This document shows positions 1-12,252 of a stretch of DNA of 64,000 nt, in pieces (positions within the stretch are counted from its first letter, which is position 1; each line of letters begins with the position of its first letter). The position numbers and the translations under genes were made by a program. The DNA comes from Basidiobolus meristosporus CBS 931.73 (Eukaryota > Fungi > Basidiobolomycota): contig MCFE01000092.1 in NCBI GenBank assembly GCA_002104905.1, forward strand, positions 1-64,000, given 5' to 3'. Under the pieces are notes generated by a model. It worked only from the letters and a program-made list of their open reading frames with translations, did not search any database and was not told where the DNA came from.

Positions 1-693
1 TTTGCAGCTGAACATGACTGGTAGGTGTCCTCTAATGCTTTCCAGGCATGCTTTGCCGTTTTTGCTCTTGAGCATTGAATTAGCAATTTGTCCTTGACAT
101 TAAGGCAAATGCAGTTAAAGGCACTTTGTTCTTTCTTCTGGTACTTTAAGGCTTCCTCTCCTACGTTTTTAGGAGGGCATTCTTCTCCCATGACAATATC
201 ACAAAGGCCTCTTTCTTGTAGCAGCATCTTCATCTTCACCTTCCACACTTGGTAGTTAGATCCATCCAACTTTTCAGCAGAGGGAAAATTCCAGTAATCG
301 CAGTAGTAGACATTACAGAGAGTGACAGCTTGGGGCTCATAACCTGTTGTAAGAGTCTTGGAGATATTGGAAGTGGTTGGGAGAACAAGTAGATTATGTG
401 GTTTTCACTTAATGCTTTATTGAATGTAAAAGTAGTATTTATACTTTTACCTGGTCTTGGCATTACAAGCACATAGAATAGGTTAAGGAAGGTCCCAAGA
501 ACATGTGTGCAAAGTTTGGGGCTGTTTGGACAACTTTGAGAATTTTCATGTTCTGGGTACCTGGTATTTTGGTGAAAATATTCTAAGTAAATCCCAACAA
601 GGAATTTGGTCAGTATTCTCTAGGATTTGAAGGTAGTGATCTAAGTGACTAAGTTAGGTGAATATTTAGGTGGAAATACAAATTATTACAACA
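1..693 (-). mobile_element. Ty1/copia family A: 5' LTR (345-693), PBS and gag N-terminus; element continues beyond window start
   Basis: Near-identical to 30240-30936 of the intact copy. LTR has TGTTGTAA...TTACAACA termini, followed on the minus strand by GGTTATGAGCCCC and the start of the gag reading frame. Confidence 0.93.
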
Positions 694-923
694 GATCAGA
701 GACATCTACAATTTGCACTTCCCTCAAAACCGTTGAATTTTATATTTACCCCTGATGAGCTTTACTTTATTGAAACAAACATTAGAGATGAAACAAAACA
801 TAAATTAGGCTACTTATTAGAGAGGTTCTAGACCTCTTAATTGGCTTCTTTATTTGTACCTAGATCAGTTCTTGACTCAAATAAGGATTTCACCAACTTG
901 GTGACTTTGCCCCTCCCCTAACT

Positions 924-2340
924 GCATATTTTCTTGATTTTTCACTAGTTTCTCTCTCCACCATGGCTTTAAACTCCCTGAACTTAGACAGAGCTTCTTT
1001 CTTTCTCTCAATGAAGTAGACCCATGTGTATCTTGTACAATCATCAATAAAAGTGATTAAATACTTCATCCTGCCTGATGATAAATTTTGCATAGGTCCA
1101 CATAGATCTGAGTGAATTAGATCTAATTTTATTTTAGTCTTGATTAACCCAGAGCTCTTGAACGGTTGTCTGGCTTGTTTCCCATATATGCAGGCTTCAC
1201 AGTGCTCCAAATTAGCTGGGGGATCAATTTTTACTCCTGAAACTAGCTGATCTTTGATCATTTTGCACAAATAATCAAAATTGATGTGTCCAAATCTTCT
1301 GTGCCAAAGCATTTGTGTTTCTTAATTTAAGTTACTTATATTGGCTTCCAAATATGATAGAATATAAGCAACTTGTATAGATTCTGATCTCCAATACCCA
1401 AGGCAATATGGGCACCATTTTGATCAGTGATCTTGCATCCAGAGTTGTCAAAGCTGAAACTGAGTCCTTCTGCAGTGGCCTTGCTTACAGAGAGTAGGTT
1501 CTTGGCTATTTCTGGTACATATAGTACTTCTTTAAGTGTCAGTGTATGGCTTCCTTCACTGCTTCCAAGGTTTACTTGGATAGTTCCTTCTCCCACTGTA
1601 TCAAGTGTTCTATTGTCACTCATGAAAACCTTCTTAATTGGAATTTCTTGATATTGGGTAAAAAGTTCTTTTTGAGGTGTAAATTTTTGAGATGCTCCAG
1701 AGTCAATATACCACATCTGAGAATCCTTGTTTGTGGTCATATTTAGTGCATATATGAATAATCCATCTTCAGTTGTTGCAGTATTTCCATATTGAGGCTT
1801 TTTCTGCTGATTAACTCTCTTTTTGTGACACTAGTCTGATGTGTGTCCTTTCCTTTTGCAGTAGTTGCAAAACAGGTTGCTGTTGTCTTTGTAGGGCTTT
1901 GGGTACCTCCTTTGTTGGTTATCATTGCTTATTAAAGCATTTTCTTCTTCCTTCTTATTGGTGCTTGATTTTCTTAATTCTTCATCCAGGAGCCTTCCAT
2001 ACACATAATTTAAGGTCAAATCTTTAGTTCTGGACTCTAGGGCTGATACAAGGCCCTGAAACCTGTCTTTCAGGTTATGCAGGATGGTAACTATCACATC
2101 CTTATCAGTAGTTGGAATACCCACAGATTCCCGTTCATCTACCAGCAAGGTAATTCTGTTAATTAGATTTTTCATTTCTTCTCCTGGCTGCATCTTTATA
2201 GTAAGGAATTTTTGTCTCAGATACATTTTCTTAGCAGCTGAACATGACTGGTAGGTGTGTTCTAATGCATTTTAGACATTCTTTGCCATGTTTACTCTTG
2301 AGCATTGAATTAGCAATTTGTCCGTAACATTAAGGTATAT
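924..2340 (-). pseudogene. Copia family A internal fragment (gag, CCHC knuckle, protease, N-terminal integrase), frameshifted and truncated in integrase
   Basis: ORF pieces match the 26611-30555 polyprotein (CNYCKRKGH, WYIDSGAS, LWHRRFGH, IHSDLCGP). Homology stops near 924. Confidence 0.92.
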
Positions 2341-3039
2341 TGTTGTATCCAAGAGAAAGTGTAATAAAACTCTTGAATAGTTTAACTGAACCAAAGGGAC
2401 AATTAAGTGCAGAATCTTAGAATTGTCAGAGAGTGGCGGAAATATTAGCAGAAAGATTCTGATCTAATATTGGTCTTGGATATAGCTGGGTTGGCTATAA
2501 AGACAATGATATTTGTTTGCTAGGCAGGCTAGGCTTGGTGTTCTTTGGAGTGCTAGATATACTAGGCTTGGATAGGAACTAGAACGGAATTGTTGGGTTC
2601 TTATTTTTGCTTGAGACAGAATCTTAATTTTGTTGAGACACACACTAAACCAAAAGGTTCAGTAAACTTTATTTATACTTTTCTGATCAAGTTGAATTAG
2701 TAAGCACCAAGAGACTGGACTAATTGAAATCTGTAGGGGTGTTGATAGGTGCATAAGATAAATGAGAAATTGCATCATTAATCAGCTGATGTCTAGGCAA
2801 CTACTAAGTGGTTGGACAGATCTCAGATGACCAATCACTTGGAAAGGCTTAGCAGATAAGTTGAGGACGTAATGACCACTTAAAAACTGATCAGGTGTGA
2901 CAGCTAAAAATAGATTCTGAGAAGTGATAACATAAATCATGACAGGGATTAGTTATGATTGGGTTAGGGAAAATCAGTTAGGGTACTAGATTTTCTAACG
3001 GAGTGAAATTGGCTAAGTTTTAAATGTTGATGCACAACA
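2341..3039 (-). repeat. G1 3' LTR
   Basis: Direct repeat of 8638-9336, preceded on the minus strand by a purine tract. Confidence 0.93.
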
Positions 3040-3075
3040 TCACTTCCTCCTGGGAGAGGAGTTTTCTGATACCTT

Positions 3076-6000
3076 CTAGGCTCCCCTATGGCTCCAATAT
3101 TGATCAATGATGGCAACATCATCAAAGTTTGTGTAAGGTTCCCAGGTGTTGTGTTTAGCATCATAACCTTTCCATTTGACTAAATAAAGGCAATTTGGTT
3201 CTTCTCCATCATGGTCAACAATAGCTTCAACTTCATAGGACTCAGAAGTAACTGGGTCTTGAGATATGAGCTTGAGTGAAGAAGGTGGAAAGTTTTTTGG
3301 TAGCAGTGCTCCAGTATTGTCCTGAAGCACATAAGATCCTCCAGTGGTACGCCTGACAACTTTGAATGGGCCTTCATATTTGGGGTCAAGCTTAGACTGT
3401 TGGATTGGATCTAGTGTCATGACATATGACCCATCTGGGAAGCTGCTGTTTCTGTGTCTTGAGGCATATGTTGAAGTCATCTTTTTCTGTGAGGCCTTAC
3501 TTCTGGCACTGATGGCAGGGTAGACAATGTTGGTAAGGTACTCAAGCCGGTTCTTTAGCTTGTCTGTACTCAAACTTGCTAACTCTGTATTCTGGTAGTC
3601 TCCAAAGCGGTAGTATCTTCTTCCAAACATCAAAGAAAATGGTGTTGATCCATGTAGAGCGGCAATTTTGGTGTTGATAGCATACTGCACAGTGGGGATA
3701 TACTTGTCCCAATTCTTCTTGATACCTTTGACAGATTTCCTGATGATGTTCACTGAGGTCGGAACATGTCTTTCAGCAAGTCCATTAGCTTTTGGATGAT
3801 ATGGGGTGATCAGACGGTGATCAATGGCGCTATTCTGACAAAGGGCTTTGATCACATGATTTACAAATTCTGTTCCATTATCCAATTGAATGACCTTGGG
3901 GAATACAAAAAGGCAGAAGAGTTTGAATAGTTCTTGTGCAATAGTGGCAGCACACTTGTCTGGGATAGCTTTGAGGAAGACAAAATGTGTGCACACATCC
4001 ACAATTACAAAGAGGTAGTGATTTCCATCATCACTAGTGGTGAAAGGTCCAGCTAGATCAATTGCAATATGATCCATAGGAAGGCTTGCATGGATGGGAC
4101 TCAATGGGTGAAATCCATGGCGGCTGATATTGTAAAGCTGACATTCTCTGCAAGACTTGACAAATTAGGCAGTCAGCTTTGATATTTGGCCAGTGATATC
4201 CATCAGAGTGTAGCTTCTTCATAAGTGTGTCAGCTCCAAAGTGGCCAAGTAGATGACTCCTCTGTATCAACATTTTCCTTTCATTGGTATGGGGGATTTT
4301 TCAGGTTGCTGAATCCAGTAGAGGAATTACTTCTGAAGTTGTAGTGAGCTTACTGATTATGTCAGTAATCACATGTCCCTCCCAAGGTGAAGTTAGGATA
4401 AGTCTTGAAAGGTGGTCAGGCAGGATGTTGAGGATTCCTGGGCAATGAACAACAGTATATTCATAATCAAGTAGAGTATCCAGTCAGTTGGTAAGCATTG
4501 GAGTCAGAGTCTTTTGAGTGTGGATATAGACAAGGGCTTGGTGGTCAGTGTACAAGGTAAAAGGATTACCCCATAGATACTGATGAAACTTCTTCAAGGC
4601 AAAGACTATAGCAAGTAGCTCCTTCTTGGTAGCAGAGTAGTTTCTCTCAGCAGGTTGTAGGGACCTGGCTTGGAAAGAGATCCAGTGAGGCGGATTTTGG
4701 TCTTCATCTTGATAGAGGACTGCCCCTAACCCAACATTAGATGCATCAGTGGCAACAAAAAAGGTCTTAGCAAAGTCTGGGTAGGATAGGGTGGGTGCTT
4801 GTGGGAGCAAATGGCAGAGTGACTCAAATGCTTGGTCATGAACCTTGTTCCAGGCTGAGGGGAGATCAGGACTATGGCGTAATGCATCCAAAGGGGCACT
4901 CAAGGAGGACATGAGAGGAATGTGTTCCCTGAAATAGTTGAATACTCCAAGATAATGTTGGAGTTGCTTAGTGCTAGTGGGTTTTGGCCATTCAGGAATA
5001 TTGACCAGTTTGAAAGGATTAAGCTGGCGGCCATCTGGTGTGACAATGAATCCAAGTAGATTGATTTTGAGGCAGGCAAAGCTGCACTTTTCAGCATTAA
5101 GAATCAGTCCAGCAGCTGTCAGTCTATTGATTACATCAGTAACGTGGGTTGCATGATCATCACAGTTTGTGGAAAATATGATGACATCATCAACAAATAC
5201 TAAGGTGTATGGTACATTCTTGAGTATTATAGTCATGACTCTCTGGAACTTGCTGGTCAGTGTCTTTAGGCCAAGCAGAGCTCCCTGAAACATCCATTGC
5301 ATATTATTCCAAGTAAAGGCAGTCTTATGCTGATGATCAGGATAGATCTGGAATTGGTGATATGCATCCTTCAAGTCCAATTTGGAGAATACTTTTGCGC
5401 CTGATAGTGAGGAAAAGATATCCTGGATTCTTGGAATTAGAAATTTATCATCTTGGAGAAGCTTGTTCAGAGGTCTAGGGTCCAAACAGGGTCTCTTCAG
5501 AGTTAGATTTCCATCAGCATCTTTCTTAGGAGCAAGCGTCAAAGGGCTGTTGAATGTTGTGTTGACAGGGGCTTGAGTGATAATTCCATTGTCAGCCCAC
5601 TTTTGGACTATTTCATCAACTAAGTGTTGACAAGAATGCAGAATTGGGTATTGCCTCCTCCATGTTGACTCACCAGGTGGGGTTTCTAGTGTAACAATGG
5701 ATTCTGGAATAGGGCAGAAACTGTTCCTGCAAATGGCTAGGTTTCTTTCTATGGCCGGCTGAATTTCCAATTTGACTGATTGAGCATACGCTTGGAAAGT
5801 TGGGGTTGACCCCTCTGCTTCTGGATGGGGTGAGATAATCTCTGGGATCTGATCCATTATGGGTGGCTGAGATTTAGTGATTCCAGGATATGAAACTGGT
5901 AGTCTGCCTATGTGAAAGCCAAGTTTGGTGAAGGTGTCTAGACCAATGACTACCTGAGGTCCATCAGGAATGTCAATAACTTCCATCTGATGGATTATAG

Positions 6001-6440
6001 TTATTGAACCACAGTGTATGCTGATTGGATTGGTTATACCAATTCTTGGGGCTGAGAGGTCCTTAGCCGCAAGTATGATTTTTCCTGGTCGCTTTTCTAT
6101 TTCCAATTTAAGTTCTTTGACTACATTGGGTGATACAATAGAGTTGGATGATCCAGTATCCAATAGTGCTATGTATGACTTGCCATTGAGCTTGAGTGAC
6201 ACCTCTATAGCTTTTAGCTGTGCTATTGGTTGCTTCTTTTTTTGAACAGTTGCAATTTTAGCCGGAATTTCAAAGAGATTGTGATAATCTTGAATTGTAA
6301 GTTCTTCATATGCTTCTTCATACCCTGTCATTTTAATGGTTGAGTTTTCATCCAGGATCTGGGTAATCTTTGCCGATGGTGTAGAGTTCTTCTCAGGACA
6401 GGCCGGTGATCTATGTCCCATCTTTCCACATTTAAAGCAT
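3076..6440 (-). pseudogene. G1 pol: knuckle, protease, RT, RNase H, integrase, chromodomain; nonsense and frameshift lesions
   Basis: CGKMGHRSPAC knuckle, LLDTGSS protease, FVDD RT, TDASNVGLGAVL/ERNYSATKKELLA RNase H, IDLAGP...DNGTEF...NGLAER integrase, YEVEAIV...YLVKWKGY...NTWEP chromodomain. TGA (probably from TGG) at 4484-4486. Confidence 0.92.
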
Positions 6441-8596
6441 TGTCATCAGCATTTGGATTATCAGTTTTGGTATTTTGCTGCTTCTCAGACGTGTTTCCTG
6501 ACTTGTTTGACTGCTTAGTGATGCCTTTGCATTCACTAGTAAAATGATAGCATCTTCCATGAAGCTCACAATGCTTTGTGGTGGTTGACTTCTTCTTGGT
6601 CACATGACTGCTCTCTTTTCCGGTTGCTACAGCATCTTGCATGGAGTTGCCTGAAGCCTGGCTAACAGCTGCGGTCATGGTGATTGCAAGTGTACATACT
6701 TCTGAGATTTTGTCATAGGTACGTGCAGGGTTGCATGCTTTGACAATAGCAATATTGCTCTGTAGCTGGTGTGAAAAGTTTGAAAGAAAATGAGAAGTAA
6801 GCGACGGATTGTCATCACTAACTCCAGCTAATCTCATTTGTCTCTGGAATCTATCACAGAAGTGTTGCACAGATTCACCTTTTTGCAATTTAGTTTTCCA
6901 TAAGTCGCAGTTTAGATGCGCTGTGGTTGTGTATAGGTCCAAGGGAGAGATACGTCCAACACTTCTCAAGTGTTTTGTGTGTGGGGTGTTCACTGGGTGC
7001 AATAACCTCTGGCAAAAGCTTGCTAGGAATACTTGGGTTCTGTCTCTAATCTAATGTGAAGGGGAATAAAGCCACAAGCTTGTCAAGGGAAAACTATTGA
7101 GCTACAATCCCCAACTTAGTTGGCGTCTTAACAAAAGTATGTGCTGGGTTCAGCGTCCTTTGAGATGACAATGTACTAAAGCTTCCAAAGTCAAAACAAC
7201 TGTAAACTCCACCAGCAGGGACTTGATAAGAATGCAGCTGTGGTCAATAGTTACAAAGACAGAAAAGTATCTTTGCCTGTACAAGAACAAACTTGGGAAA
7301 GAATCAAATATAATAAAAGATACCTACTCTGAGTATTCCTCACAAGTAGTGCCTCCAAGGTCAGTTGGCTGTCAGCGCGGTTTCCTGGGAGTGTCCTGTG
7401 GTCTGGGGTTGGAAGTTCAGGTAGCAGCAGGTAGCAGTGATCACACTAATCAACAAGTCGGTATATTGATAAAAGGGATGATGATTTATTGTTGAGGGAT
7501 AGCCTCCCTTATATACTTTTCTTACTGGCTAAGTGATTACTAATCATGGTGTTCCAGAAGGTTCCGGATATCAATAGAAATCTTAATGACATCAGAATGA
7601 CCTAAGAATGTTCTAAGTAGGTGCCGGAAGGTTCTAAGAGGCACAGCACATCCAACCAATCAGGAATCAGTATTCTGAAACCTGTGTAACATGGGGATAC
7701 CATATATGGTATGGAAATGGTAGGGATGGTGACACGGGTTGATCATGTGTCACGGGTACTGGCGCGGGTACTTGCCTAATATAGAAGCACTTGTAACTAG
7801 TAATCTTACATAAAGTGAGGGGTAACTTATGCAATAGGGTAAGCAGGTGTGATAGTCAACCGGCTTATGGGATAGTACTGATTGGGTAAGACAAATGGGA
7901 TAAAACTAAAATGAGTGTAGTAGGGATATAGGGAAGTAGAAAATAAGGGAATGAGCACATCTGTCAGTGGGTGTCACTGTCACCCCACTACAGCGCTTTC
8001 TTGAGGGGATCTTCAAAATGGCTGCAAAAGAGGTTTTGGGCAATCTTCCATGTACTATTGGACGGAATGTTTACTTCAACCCAGTCAGCATCTTGCATGG
8101 TGAGACAGAGAGGCAGAAGTCTAGCCCAATTGGTGTCAGGGTCTAGCTGGTGCGCAGCTAAGACATGACTAAACTTGTAAAGAAACTCAGTAGGATTCTT
8201 TATGGCATTGGCTCCTTCAGCAAAAAGGGGCAAGGATCTTGGGACAACCACTGGCGTAGGTCTAGAGGGAGATGTAGATCTGGAGGATCCAAAGGCATGA
8301 CTTCTTGGTGGCTGATGCAGAGCAAGGCTTGGCGGATTTTCAATGCTGTCAATTATGATTGCAACATTCACCAGGGCTTCTTTGATAATTCCAATTACAT
8401 CTTGGTAACCAGAAATAACTTCAAGAAGCTCATCTCTACGGTGATTGTCAGATCTTGTCTTGGCAAGCTTTGAATGCTCTAGCATTAAAGTGTTTCTTTC
8501 ATGCATGATGTTTTCAAGCTGTTTGGTTAGCGCTTCCTGATTTCTGCGGGCTTCTTCCAACATGGAAAGATTTGGATTGCTTGCTGCTGAGGACAT
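6440..8596 (-). pseudogene. G1 gag, split by solo LTR G2
   Basis: Removing 6922-7992 plus one TSD copy restores the in-frame ...FEDPLKKAHLNCDLWKTKLQKGESV... retrotransposon-gag-like sequence. Confidence 0.85.
6922..7992 (-). mobile_element. Solo LTR family G2 (1071 bp), 4-bp TSD GCGC
   Basis: TG...CA ends with GCGC on both sides (6918-6921, 7993-7996). Near-identical inverted copy at 55549-56619. Confidence 0.85.
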
Positions 8597-8637
8597 CTTA
8601 TGAGCGGTTGAATGTAATGGAATTCAACAAAAAAAAA

Positions 8638-9336
8638 TGTTGTATCCAAGAGAAAGTGTAATAAAACTCTTGAATAGTTTAACTGAACCAAAGGGACAAT
8701 TAAGTGCAGAATCTTAGAATTGTCAGAGAGTGGCGGAAATATTAGCAGAAAGATTCTGATCTAATATTGGTCTTGGATATAGCTGGGTTGGCTATAAAGA
8801 CAATGATATTTGTTTGCTAGGCAGGCTAGGCTTGGTGTTCTTTGGAGTGCTAGATATACTAGGCTTGGATAGGAACTAGAACGGAATTGTTGGGTTCTTA
8901 TTTTTGCTTGAGACAGAATCTTAATTTTGTTGAGACACACACTAAACCAAAAGGTTCAGTAAACTTTATTTATACTTTTCTGATCAAGTTGAATTAGTAA
9001 GCGCCAAGAGACTGGACTAATTGAAATCTGTAGGGGTGTTGATAGGTGCATAAGATAAATGAGAACTTGCATCATTAATCAGCTGATGTCTTGGCAACTA
9101 CTAAGTGGTTGGACAGATCTCAGATGACTTATCACTTGGAAAGGCTTAGCAGATAAGTTGAGGATGTAATGACCACATGAAAATTGATAAGGTGTGACAG
9201 CTAAAAATAGATTCTGGGAAGTGATAAAATAAACCATATCAGGGATTAGTTATGATTGGGTTAGGGAGAATCAGTTAGGGTGCCAGATTTTCTAACAGAG
9301 TGAAATTGGCTAAGTTTTAAATGTTGATGCACAACA
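8638..9336 (-). repeat. G1 5' LTR (TATA-like TATAAATAAA at ~8965-8974 on minus strand)
   Basis: Direct repeat of 2341-3039, lying ~40 bp upstream of the gag ATG at 8596. Confidence 0.93.
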
Positions 9337-9903
9337 CAAATGCAGTTAAAGGCACTTTGTTCCTTCTTCTGGTACTTTAAGGCTTCCTCTACCACATTTT
9401 TAGAAGGGTATTTTCCCATGACAATATCCCAAAGGCCTCTTTCTTGTAGCAGCATCTTTTTTCACCTTCCACACTTGGTAGTTAGATCCATCCGACTTTT
9501 CAGCAGAGGGAAAATTCCAGTATTAGCAGTAGTAGACATTGCAGAGAGTGACAGCTTGGGGCTCATAACCTGTTGTAAGAGTCTTGGAGATATTGGAAGT
9601 GATTGGGAGAATAAGTAGATTATGTGGTTATCACTTAATGATTTATTGAATGTAAAAGTAGTATTTATACTTTTACACAGCCTTGGCATAAAAAACACGT
9701 AGAATAGGTTAAGGAGGGTCCCAAGAACATGTGTGCAAAGTTTGGGGCTGTTTGGACAACTTATATAATTTTCATGTTCTGGGTAAATATTCTAAGTAAA
9801 TCCCAACAAGGAATTTGGTCAGTATTCTGTAGGATTTGAAAGGTAATGATCTAAGTGACTAAGTTAGGTGAATATTTAGGTGGAATTACGAATTTTTACA
9901 ACA
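9337..9903 (-). mobile_element. Continuation of the same copia-A copy after the gypsy insertion: gag N-terminus, PBS, 5' LTR (9571-9903)
   Basis: Sequence resumes at CAAATGCAGTTAAAGG, where 2340 broke off. LTR matches family A with a short internal deletion. Confidence 0.9.
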
Positions 9904-11094
9904 TTATAGACTCGCACTTTTCCAGATATCTGTTAGGTTCTCATTTGTCTTCTTTATTCACGATTTTAAAGAAAGATTTCACCACCTGGTCATTATCATT
10001 CCCCTCATATATTCAGCATCAAGCTAGAGAATAGAATTAAATGACATGTGAAGGCGGCATATGTAACTCATTATTACTTTAGCTAAATAGCCACTTTCGA
10101 ACATAGAACCATGATGGAAAGCTTCATACTTGTCTGTATTAATAAGTGCAGTCATAATGCTAGTATACTGAGATATAAGGCAGTCCGGTTGTTGCCCAGC
10201 ACTCTGTCATATATATTTAACGCTATCCACCCAAGCTAAAGGATACCGATTGCTGAGTTTTACGCATGCTACTGAATTTGGAACAACAGTTGATGCTATA
10301 TGCAATATTGGTTGGTAGGACATGATATATCCGAGGAGAGTCAACTATTCTTGGATATTGATTTTGCCAGGATTAGGCTAAACAAACTGACTAGTAGCCT
10401 TTTCCACGGTCTCGCACCCTAACCGTTATTCACTACTTTTCTTGCCGTGGAGCAGGGATAAATAGCGGGAGAATACAAGTGTTTCATCCCAGATTGGACC
10501 GGCAGCCCCTTGGCATAGCAGCATGAGAGAAGGACCCAGTTGTATGATTGGAGCAAGGTGTGTAGTACAGAATCCACTTGGTTAGATCCTCTCCACACAA
10601 CACCACATGTCTGAGTGGCGGTATATACCCTCCCGGCAAGTATCTTCCTCGTGTTCAGTAGTGCTTTCGGCGCCCCAAGCGATGGCTATGGAGACCATTG
10701 ATTTAGCTATATTATCATAGTCACGCAACCACTGAAACATAATGTATCGATCCATATAGGTTATATAAGGCAAATAATTCCATATATGGCTATGTACCGC
10801 AACAATGAGAAAATGCCCAGATTGGAAGTTGAGTCCGAATTGTAGATCAGGGATAGCAAGATCTAGTAGCCGATATTCCCTGCTCTGTGGAAGTTATGAT
10901 TACTTAAAACGGTTCCGCCAATAAAGTCGCAATTCGTTTCAAAACTGGAGGGGGTTCGGGTAAACAATGACACTGAGAGTGATTACCGATAACGATCAAG
11001 GCAATTTATAAGTACTGGTGCATGCTAGGGATCTTCTCTAGTAAAATCGTCAACCCGATTTTTGGCCAATTTTTTCCCGCACTTACTGCAAGTT

Positions 11095-12252
11095 ATGCCC
11101 ACTGCCAAATATGCTGCTTCCCCGTACATAACAAGTCAAAAAGACCTAGCGAACAAAGGCATTAACATCCCTTACCATTCATGCGAGTGCGATACTACCA
11201 GCTCCGCCACATCCTCCACTTCTTCCCTCGACTCTAATAGTGGCACCTTGTACAGCATTCCCAGTAGATTTATAGTGCCCACATGTAAGTCGAAGAAGCC
11301 CCACCATGAGCACAAACACCACTTTGGTTTGTTCAGAAAGAGTAAGAGTGAGAAGAAACATAAGGATTCCTATCTCCCCTTGTTGGAGGCATTAAAAAAG
11401 CGCAATGCCCCCTCCATCCACAAGCTCTATGGTGATTCCTCCCACCATGTATCAAGTGGGGCTGGCGGTAGCGTTCATGTCACCCGGTGTCCATGTAGTG
11501 GTAAAAGGTACGCCATCAAGAGTTTCCGCAAAAAAGCCGCCGGAGAGAATGCGCAGAGCTACTACCAATGGATTTCCAACGAAATTTATATCGCGATATC
11601 CCTCTCGCATCCGAACATTGTCCAAACAGTAGATGTGGTCCTAGAGGACAAGCAGGTACACCAAGTGATGGAGTACTGTCCGAGAGATCTGTTCACGCTT
11701 GCTCGTGAAGACTCATTGACCCAGCAACAGATAGATCGCTACTTCATGCAGCTGATGAATGGACTCTCATACCTACATCAACGTGGAGTAGCACACCGAG
11801 ACCTGAAGTTGGAGAACCTGTGCATCGATGAGAAAGACAACTTGAAAATCATCGATTTCGGGTGTGCGTTCATTCTTCTCGATCCGTTCGCGGTGAACAG
11901 TAAAGCGTACGCCTCCTCCATCGTCGGATCTGACCCCTACATTGCGCCCGAGATCTTCTGCGGTGGTGTCTATGACGCTGCCAAAGCAGACGTCTGGTCC
12001 GCCGCGATCATATACCTTTGTATGATTCTTCGCAAATTCCCGTGGGACATCGCGCGCACCAGCGATAAAAGCTATGGGAAGTTTTTGAAGCACCGCCACT
12101 CTGACAAATATTTCCGGAAAATCCCCACCGACGCGCTCAGCATCCTTAGAAGAATGCTGGATCCCAACCCTGACACAAGGGCCACTGTGGAAGATGTGCT
12201 TTACGACCCGTGGTTCCAAAGCCTGACCTCATCCTACGCCGCTTGTGAATAA
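11095..12252 (+). CDS. Fungal Npr/Hal-family (Hal4/Sat4/Hrk1-like) Ser/Thr protein kinase, intronless
   Basis: GAGGSV P-loop, YAIK, HRDLKLEN, IIDFG, GSDPYIAPE, DVWS motifs and a Ser-rich N-terminus. First ATG is at 11095 (the track start at 11062 is TTG). Confidence 0.88.
   Translation: MPTAKYAASPYITSQKDLANKGINIPYHSCECDTTSSATSSTSSLDSNSGTLYSIPSRFIVPTCKSKKPHHEHKHHFGLFRKSKSEKKHKDSYLPLLEALKKRNAPSIHKLYGDSSHHVSSGAGGSVHVTRCPCSGKRYAIKSFRKKAAGENAQSYYQWISNEIYIAISLSHPNIVQTVDVVLEDKQVHQVMEYCPRDLFTLAREDSLTQQQIDRYFMQLMNGLSYLHQRGVAHRDLKLENLCIDEKDNLKIIDFGCAFILLDPFAVNSKAYASSIVGSDPYIAPEIFCGGVYDAAKADVWSAAIIYLCMILRKFPWDIARTSDKSYGKFLKHRHSDKYFRKIPTDALSILRRMLDPNPDTRATVEDVLYDPWFQSLTSSYAACE

Larger units (their letters stand above)
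2341..9336 (-). mobile_element. Ty3/gypsy chromovirus (family G1), full length but decayed, inserted in copia-A gag
   Basis: Two 699-bp LTRs (TGTTG...CAACA), domain order gag-PR-RT-RH-INT-chromodomain, PPT-like AGGAGGAAGTGA at 3040-3051, degenerate TSD (TATAT/CAAAT). Confidence 0.93.

Noticed and set aside
7223-7495. ORF MI(R/S)MQLWSIVTK... present in both G2 copies
   Set aside because: Explained by recent nucleotide identity of the LTRs; its length differs between copies and it has no domain.
10250-10780. Short minus-strand ORF (MPYITYMDRY...) upstream of the kinase
   Set aside because: 63 aa, no recognisable motif or splice continuity.
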